A DNA stretch of 32,000 nucleotides. Origin: Staphylothermus marinus F1. GTDB lineage: Archaea > Thermoproteota > Thermoprotei_A > Sulfolobales > Desulfurococcaceae. Shown here in pieces: positions 26,886 to 32,000 of this stretch. The stretch spans positions 1,080,001 through 1,112,000 of the forward strand of contig NC_009033.1 of the NCBI RefSeq assembly GCF_000015945.1, given 5' to 3'. Position 1 is the stretch's first letter; every line of letters starts with the position of its first letter. The notes beneath the pieces were generated by a model. It searched no databases, was not told where the DNA came from, and saw nothing but the letters and a program-made list of their open reading frames with translations. The position numbers were made by a program, and so were the translations under genes.

Positions 26886-27454
26886 ATACAACCCCTCTTC
26901 AGCTTTCCATTCATCGGGGACTTAAGCGCTAGACAACTACTAATTATTATATGCTTTGTCATCGCATCTGCATTGGTTACACTATGCAATGGTTTAGGTT
27001 TTGGCGGGACAGCTGTTACTGTACTTGTATCGGGCTTTATTGGCTTAGGGATTGCAAAGAAGCCTGTTAAATCAACACTCCAGAGAAACAGTTCTTAGTA
27101 TTTTTAAGCGGTAAATATAGGCCTGGGATCAGTCGAGCACTTGGAAAACCTGGGGCCGTAAAAAAGAAGTCTCTGCAGGTTCCCGAAACCGTGGAGATAG
27201 CTGCACGCGACTCAACAAGGATCCCTACTGTTAAGATTGTCGGGGTTCTCCGCGACCCCCTCGGCATCCCCCTGGCTAACCAGGAGCTTGAAGTATACAT
27301 TAACAACCGCTTATACTCCAAGATTAAGACGGAGTCTATGGGAGAATATACAGTATATTATTCGCCTGAAGAACCACGGCTGTACGAGGTAGAGATCAGG
27401 CTTCAGGGCAACGCTGTTCTTAAGAGAAGGGTAAAGGTGGGTGCTAGGGGTTGA
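26886..27454 (+). pseudogene. fragmented gene: a transmembrane-segment frame (26886..27098) and a prealbumin/CarboxypepD_reg-like beta-domain frame (27071..27454) overlapping out of phase
   Basis: Frame A encodes ...LLIIICFVIASALVTLCNGLGFGGTAVTVLVSGFIGLGIAKKPV... with no ATG or GTG start, only a TTG at 26973. Its stop is at 27096-27098. Frame B is open from 27071, with a GTG at 27191, and encodes VKIVGVLRDPLGIPLANQELEVYINNRLYSKIKTESMGEYTVYYSPEEPRLYEVEI. One frameshift within 27071-27095 would join them. The G+C content is much higher than in the neighbouring genes. Confidence 0.35.
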
Positions 27455-27491
27455 GCAGAAGGACTTCATCCTAGACACATTAATTTATTAG

Positions 27492-27790
27492 AAGGGGCTT
27501 AGGGGCTTCTATGACTATAAATATTATTTGGAGAAACAGGGGGGTTTAGGTAGGGAGCCAATACCTGCGCAACTCTTGAACCCCTCAACACGAGGGGCTT
27601 TACCGAATTGTGGACTTGAAGATTTGATCGGAAACCGGGGGCTTCTCGCCGTCCCATGATCACGTTTCACATGCAGAAAGCCCCCTCCAAGCCCCTCAAA
27701 AATTCTGTAGCATGCTTTTGCGGTGCAGGGTTGTTGCAGAGGGGGCCTTGGTGAGGAGGTGTTTGCGGTGCTTGTGGTGTGAAGCCCCCT
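27492..27790. repeat. non-coding GC-rich segment with at least 7 copies of GGGGCTT/AAGCCCC forming nested inverted repeats (candidate structured RNA or MITE-like element)
   Basis: GGGGCTT occurs at 27494, 27502, 27594 and 27638. AAGCCCC occurs at 27678, 27689 and 27782. Three pairings stand out: GGGGGCTTCT 27637-27646 with AGAAAGCCCCC 27675-27685 (10 bp, one bulge), GAGGGGCTT 27592-27600 with AAGCCCCTC 27689-27697 (9 bp), and terminal GGGGCTTC 27502-27509 with GAAGCCCC 27781-27788. No ORF of 60 aa or more lies on either strand. Confidence 0.5.
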
Positions 27791-27807
27791 GGTTCCCCTA
27801 GAATATA

Positions 27808-28035
27808 TTGAGCGCAGATGAATTAGGAAACAAGCTTACCGATAAACAAGCGAAAAACAAGGAGGACAATGCTGGATATCCATGGTTTAGAACACCAGAA
27901 TGGATCAGAGAACTATGCATATTCTTCAAAACACTATCAAAACTCGAAATAGAAGCTATGGCAAGCAAAGGCCTCAAATTCCTCGCAGACAAATACATAC
28001 CTGAAAAAATCAATATAGGAGACTGGATAGATTAG
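27808..28035 (+). CDS. hypothetical 75-aa ORF (possibly a gene fragment)
   Basis: The TTG-initiated ORF reads MSADELGNKLTDKQAKNKEDNAGYPWFRTPEWIRELCIFFKTL.... It has no recognisable motif and sits at the right edge of the GC-rich island. Confidence 0.3.
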   Translation: MSADELGNKLTDKQAKNKEDNAGYPWFRTPEWIRELCIFFKTLSKLEIEAMASKGLKFLADKYIPEKINIGDWID

Positions 28036-28235
28036 CTTCATAAGTACGCAATTTATTCTTAATTAAATACAATGAAAAGAATCAATCTTAAAAATTATGA
28101 AGCGAACGATACTATGAGATTTTGAATATAATAAAATATTCCAAACAAGTATTTTTGAAACAGACTATAAATGATCGAAACGTAGTATAATAATTACATA
28201 AGTAGGAAGAAATTAATTTGAATTAGGATTGTTAT

Positions 28236-29321
28236 TCATATTATCGTTTTACCGTTTTTGAATATATGGATTCTATTAATCTGGGGTCTTATTAGGATTT
28301 TCTCCCCTATTCTATATTCAAGTTGTCCTTTCATAAGAATTTTGAATATGTAGTCTCCGATTTTCACGTCTATTACTGTTTGTGCTCCTAGGGGCTCAAT
28401 AACGTATACTTCGGCTTCAATCGTATTCTCTTCTTTTTCATTAACTATGTCTATGTGTTCAGGTCTTATACCTACAATTACATCTGTTTCACCTAGTTTT
28501 TCCAAGATAATCCTACCTATTTCCTTATCTAGTTTCAGTGTGAACTCGCCAGCATCTAGTATATATTCATTATTTACCACTTTGAAGGCAGCGTCAAAGA
28601 AGTTCATTGGTGGTGAACCAATGAATCCAGCAACGAAGAGGTTTGCGGGTTTATTGTAGAGATCATAAGGTCTGCCAATCTGCATTATTTTGCCTTTATT
28701 CATGACTGCTATTCTATCACCCATAGTCATAGCTTCTGCTTGGTCATGTGTTACATAAATAGTTGTTATTCCTAGTTCTTTCTGCATTCTTTTAAGTTGT
28801 GCCCTCATATATACTCTTAGTTTAGCGTCAAGATTGCTGAGAGGCTCGTCCATTAAGAAGACGCTTGGTCTTCTAACAAGTGCTCTTCCCAAAGCAACTC
28901 TCTGCTGTTCTCCTCCTGATAACTGAGATGGTTTACGATCAAGTAGGTGGCTTATATGAAGCATCTCCGCAACAGCTTTAACCCTACGATCAATTTCTGT
29001 TTTGCTTAAACCCATGTTTTCTAGTGGAAAAGACAAGTTCTTATAAACAGTCATATGTGGATATAATGCATAGTTTTGGAAAACCATAGCAATATCTCTC
29101 TTATGTGGCGGAACATCATTTACAACTTTACCATATATTAAAACATCTCCTTCATCAGGATCTTCGAGCCCAGCAATAATCCTAAGTGTTGTTGTTTTAC
29201 CACTACCACTAGGACCTAACAATACAAAGAATTCTTTATCATATACTTTAAAGGATACGTTGTCTACAGCAATTGTTTTTCCAAACCTTTTAGTCACATT
29301 CCTTAACTCTACATCGGCCAT
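28236..29321 (-). CDS. sugar ABC transporter ATP-binding protein (MalK/UgpC-like, with a C-terminal regulatory/TOBE-like domain)
   Basis: It has Walker A GPSGSGKTT, the signature LSGGEQQRVALGRAL, Walker B FLMDEPLSNLD and the H-loop VTHDQ. The C-terminal extension of about 120 aa matches MalK-type proteins. Confidence 0.9.
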   Translation of the reverse strand: MADVELRNVTKRFGKTIAVDNVSFKVYDKEFFVLLGPSGSGKTTTLRIIAGLEDPDEGDVLIYGKVVNDVPPHKRDIAMVFQNYALYPHMTVYKNLSFPLENMGLSKTEIDRRVKAVAEMLHISHLLDRKPSQLSGGEQQRVALGRALVRRPSVFLMDEPLSNLDAKLRVYMRAQLKRMQKELGITTIYVTHDQAEAMTMGDRIAVMNKGKIMQIGRPYDLYNKPANLFVAGFIGSPPMNFFDAAFKVVNNEYILDAGEFTLKLDKEIGRIILEKLGETDVIVGIRPEHIDIVNEKEENTIEAEVYVIEPLGAQTVIDVKIGDYIFKILMKGQLEYRIGEKILIRPQINRIHIFKNGKTII

Positions 29322-29332
29322 TTAAAACCACC

Positions 29333-30163
29333 CTAAGCACCCTTAAGTGCTCCAGCTAAGAGACCGCTCACAAAAAATCTCCCCAGAAGAATAATAATTA
29401 TTGTTGGAGGTAATATAGCTATTATAGAGCCAGCCATTAGAGTATTCCATGAAACGGTAGTTGTACCTCTCAAATTAGCTATTTCCGGCTGAACAGGCCT
29501 AACTACGGGAGTCGTGGATAATGCAACAGCTATGAGGAACTCGTTCCAAATATTCATGAAGATTATTATCGTAGTAGATATTATTCCCGGAATAGCTACT
29601 GGGAAAACCACTTTAAAAAATGTCTTAATAGGCGAAGAACCATCAATAAATGCTGCTTCTTCAAGCTCCTTGGGTACAGTCATGAAAAACGCTGCAGATA
29701 TGAGAGCAGCCCACGGGCTGAAGAGTAAGGTGTAAGCAAGTATTAAACCGGGAATTGTTCCCATTAAGTGGATAGTAGAAAATATTCTAACTATAGGTAT
29801 CAATACAATCTGGTAAGGAATAAAAGAAGCAACCGCTATTGAGAAGAATAATGCTTGTGCACCCTTAAACCTATATCTTGACAAATAGTATCCAGCCATA
29901 GTACCAATAATAACCGATAAAGCAGTGGCGGATAGAGATATAATTATGCTGTTAATGAACGCTCTACTTATCCTATTCCATGCCTCAACCCAAGGATCTA
30001 CTGTTGGATTCATAGGTGGTTGTAATACATTAGTGGAATAAATCTCTCTATTACTCTTAAAACCCGCTATAATGGCAATATATACAGGCATTATCCATGC
30101 AATAGCTAGGATTACTAAGAAGAAGTACAGAAGAATTCTTTTAATAGATGATTTTATCTTCAT
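29333..30163 (-). CDS. carbohydrate ABC transporter permease (MalG-like)
   Basis: It is a 6-TM hydrophobic protein with the EAA loop EEAAFIDGSSPIKTFFKVVFP. It overlaps the upstream permease by 4 nt. Confidence 0.88.
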   Translation of the reverse strand: MKIKSSIKRILLYFFLVILAIAWIMPVYIAIIAGFKSNREIYSTNVLQPPMNPTVDPWVEAWNRISRAFINSIIISLSATALSVIIGTMAGYYLSRYRFKGAQALFFSIAVASFIPYQIVLIPIVRIFSTIHLMGTIPGLILAYTLLFSPWAALISAAFFMTVPKELEEAAFIDGSSPIKTFFKVVFPVAIPGIISTTIIIFMNIWNEFLIAVALSTTPVVRPVQPEIANLRGTTTVSWNTLMAGSIIAILPPTIIIILLGRFFVSGLLAGALKGA

Positions 30164-31029
30164 CTACCAAACCACCTTCTTAACGCTGTTAAGGCATAGG
30201 GGATAACTATTACAAGCGATAACCCGAATATTACAACAGCTATAGCTGCACCATACGCGAAGAATCTCATAGAAAATGTTGCATCCCACATATAGTTTGC
30301 GAGAACATCAGTTGCAAGACCTGGACCTCCACGAGTAGCAACAAATACTAGATCGAATAGTTTGAGAATAGCTAGAGAAAGCAATGGTATAGAGACTAGA
30401 AAACCGGATCTAGATAATGGTAAAATTATTCTATAAAATATTTTAAAATCAGATGCTCCATCAATTTTAGCTGCCTCTATTATAGATTTATCAATACCTT
30501 TAATTGTAGCCTCGAAAATTACAACTGCGAAGCCTAGATAAAGCCATACCGTTACAAATATTAATGCATACAATGCCGTTCTAGGATTATCTATCCATCC
30601 ATATGAAACCTTAAAACCTAAAGCATTAAGTATGGTATTTATAGCTCCCTCCCTACCATACATCCATATCCATATAGTTGCAGATACAACCATCGACATA
30701 GCTGTAGGAATTAAAAATATGGTTCTAAAAATCGTTTCTTTACCTGATATCATCATTAAATACGCTATTACTAACCCGAGAAAACTGGTGGGGATAACAA
30801 ATATAAGTATCCAAATAACATTATTTCTAAAAGCGATCCAGAAGCGCTGAGTACTAATCACTCTCCGAAAATTCTCTAAACCAACAAAGTTAAAACTCGG
30901 CTTCATACTCCACCAATCACTCATAGAAACATAAATCGTTTCTCCAATCATATAATAGAGAACAGCTGTTATCAAAATTATTGGTCCGAGAAATAAAATG
31001 AAATCCTTAATACTGACTAGCTTAGGCAT
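30160..31029 (-). CDS. carbohydrate ABC transporter permease (MalF-like)
   Basis: It is a hydrophobic multi-pass protein with the EAA loop IEAAKIDGASDFKIFYRIILP. Confidence 0.88.
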   Translation of the reverse strand: MPKLVSIKDFILFLGPIILITAVLYYMIGETIYVSMSDWWSMKPSFNFVGLENFRRVISTQRFWIAFRNNVIWILIFVIPTSFLGLVIAYLMMISGKETIFRTIFLIPTAMSMVVSATIWIWMYGREGAINTILNALGFKVSYGWIDNPRTALYALIFVTVWLYLGFAVVIFEATIKGIDKSIIEAAKIDGASDFKIFYRIILPLSRSGFLVSIPLLSLAILKLFDLVFVATRGGPGLATDVLANYMWDATFSMRFFAYGAAIAVVIFGLSLVIVIPYALTALRRWFGR

Positions 31030-31091
31030 TCATATTCACCTAGCTAGACAAAATCATGTATAAAAATTTTGTTTTTGTGATTAAAAAAAAA

Positions 31092-32000
31092 TTATCTCTT
31101 AGTTATGAAATAGTCTATTGTGTATCCCTTCCAGAATGAGGCTAACCCGCTAGTTTTGACAGACTGTAGAATCTGTGCCAAAGCAGTGTTTACAGCGTTA
31201 TCCACGGGTGTTCCAACACTTACTGCTGTCAACATACTTGTTAATATATTATGTAGATCAGTCATGAAAGCTTCCTTAGCTATACCTCCATGAACCGCAC
31301 TTGGTATGAGCGTTGATTTCTGGAAGTCTTCAGCTGTCTCAGGCCTATATGGGTCAGGATATTTGGGCGATACATCGGTTCTAGCAGGTATTGAACCTTT
31401 TATTAAATTAAATTTCTCCTGTGCCTCCTTTGAACCAACAACCATTAACCAGTCTTTAGCGGCTTCAGGATGAGGTGCATTCTTTGGAAGCTCGAAGGCA
31501 TCCGATAATAATATGAATATGTTCTTGGGGAATGGTGCTGCAGCCCAGTCTTTTCCATACTTATAATTATTGGCTATATAGTATCCTGCAACCCAATCTC
31601 CATGAATAAACATAGCAGCTTTTCCTTCAGCAACTAATGCGGCTGCTTGATCCCATGTTAGCTCGGGGTGGTTTGAATTAAATAATCCCTCTTTAGCCAT
31701 TGTAGCCATGACTGTTAATACCTTTTTTACTGTTTGTACAACTGGATCGTTTGGATCATTATAGTTGAATTTACCTGTGAAGAATTTTACATAAGTTTCT
31801 GGACCGCCTGCGTTCGCTAATAATACTTCAAATAAATGAGTCACAGGCCACTTATTTCTAGAAGCTAATGCGATCGGGGCTATATCGGGTCTTTGTTGTT
31901 TAATATATCTTGCAACCTGTAATAATGTATCAACACTCCAGTTTCTAGGATCACCAAATTTATTGATTATTCCAAGCTCATTAAAGATCTTTGGATTATA
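31092..32000 (-). CDS. ABC transporter extracellular sugar-binding protein (family 1 SBP), C-terminal part; the N-terminus lies beyond the window end
   Basis: The track ORF starts at an internal GTG (31844). The same frame stays open to position 32000, reading ...YNPKIFNELGIINKFGDPRNWSVDTLLQVARYIKQQRPDIAPIALASRNKWPV-THLFEVLL.... It lies upstream of the two permeases and the ATPase on the same strand. Confidence 0.8.
   Translation of the reverse strand, partial: YNPKIFNELGIINKFGDPRNWSVDTLLQVARYIKQQRPDIAPIALASRNKWPVTHLFEVLLANAGGPETYVKFFTGKFNYNDPNDPVVQTVKKVLTVMATMAKEGLFNSNHPELTWDQAAALVAEGKAAMFIHGDWVAGYYIANNYKYGKDWAAAPFPKNIFILLSDAFELPKNAPHPEAAKDWLMVVGSKEAQEKFNLIKGSIPARTDVSPKYPDPYRPETAEDFQKSTLIPSAVHGGIAKEAFMTDLHNILTSMLTAVSVGTPVDNAVNTALAQILQSVKTSGLASFWKGYTIDYFITKR

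Noticed and set aside
26765-27321. Track ORFs 26765..26989 and 27067..27321 on the - strand
   Set aside because: They have no motifs and lie antisense to the more protein-like + strand fragments inside the decayed island. I treat them as non-genes, though with less certainty than elsewhere.
27455-27800. Identification of the GC-rich segment as RNase P RNA or SRP (7S) RNA
   Set aside because: Neither strand has the P4 signature (GAGGAAAGUCC-like). The only SRP-like string is TCGGAAAC at 27628-27635, and it lacks the adjacent AGCA/GNAR context of helix 8. The size fits, but the motifs do not.
27798-28013. Track ORF 27798..28013 on the - strand
   Set aside because: It is the mirror of the 27808..28035 + ORF. 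Neither is strong, but the + strand translation looks more protein-like, with a charged and aromatic mix.
12603-30850. Remaining antisense track ORFs
   Set aside because: This covers 12603..12803, 16833..17042, 18184..18396, 19946..20131, 21950..22165, 23026..23208, 23674..24033, 25405..25593, 25562..25765, 28447..28659, 29514..29735 and 30632..30850. Each lies inside, and antisense to, a well-supported gene.
1-32000. CRISPR arrays, cas genes, transposases, integrases and toxin-antitoxin or other defence operons
   Set aside because: I looked for regularly spaced direct repeats and for the corresponding protein motifs on both strands and found none. The only mobile-element hints are indirect: the island next to tRNA-Cys and the orphan RHH gene.

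Overview
This window reads as a compact, AT-rich chromosomal region of a hyperthermophilic crenarchaeon. The lineage call is an inference from four observations: reverse gyrase, intron-bearing tRNAs, a Sulfolobus-type TFB N-terminus and GAGGTGA-type Shine-Dalgarno motifs. Most of it is housekeeping. It encodes reverse gyrase (partial, missing from the ORF track), two KaiC/RadA-paralog ATPases flanking cdc48-tmcA, ubiX, tRNA-splicing endonuclease, a DUF47 protein and a B12-like/radical-SAM/TRAM protein. It also encodes glycyl-tRNA synthetase, agmatinase, RpoP (50 aa, missing from the track), SUI1, TFB, AlaX, a ZIP transporter, an MBL-fold protein, a GH38 alpha-mannosidase and a four-gene sugar ABC transporter operon that runs off the right edge. 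I folded five tRNA genes by hand (Gln, Arg, CAT-anticodon Met/Ile2, Pro, Cys), and all five carry an intron. At least five genes need a TTG start because their conserved N-termini begin there. Neighbouring genes often overlap by 4-18 nt. I found no CRISPR array, no intact integrase or transposase and no recognisable defence operon. The least explained stretch is 26.7-28.0 kb, directly downstream of tRNA-Cys. It is a compositionally foreign island of about 50-60% G+C against about 20-37% in the two flanking stretches I counted. It holds only broken or short ORFs and a roughly 300 bp non-coding segment packed with GGGGCTT/AAGCCCC copies that form nested inverted repeats. Other points worth a second look are an endA gene whose conserved N-terminal domain has no canonical start codon, a well-formed candidate C/D box sRNA upstream of ubiX, a radical-SAM protein without a contiguous CX3CX2C motif, and a KaiC-like ATPase coupled to a 96-aa unknown protein. 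All product calls rest on my reading of motifs in the translations. No database search was run.
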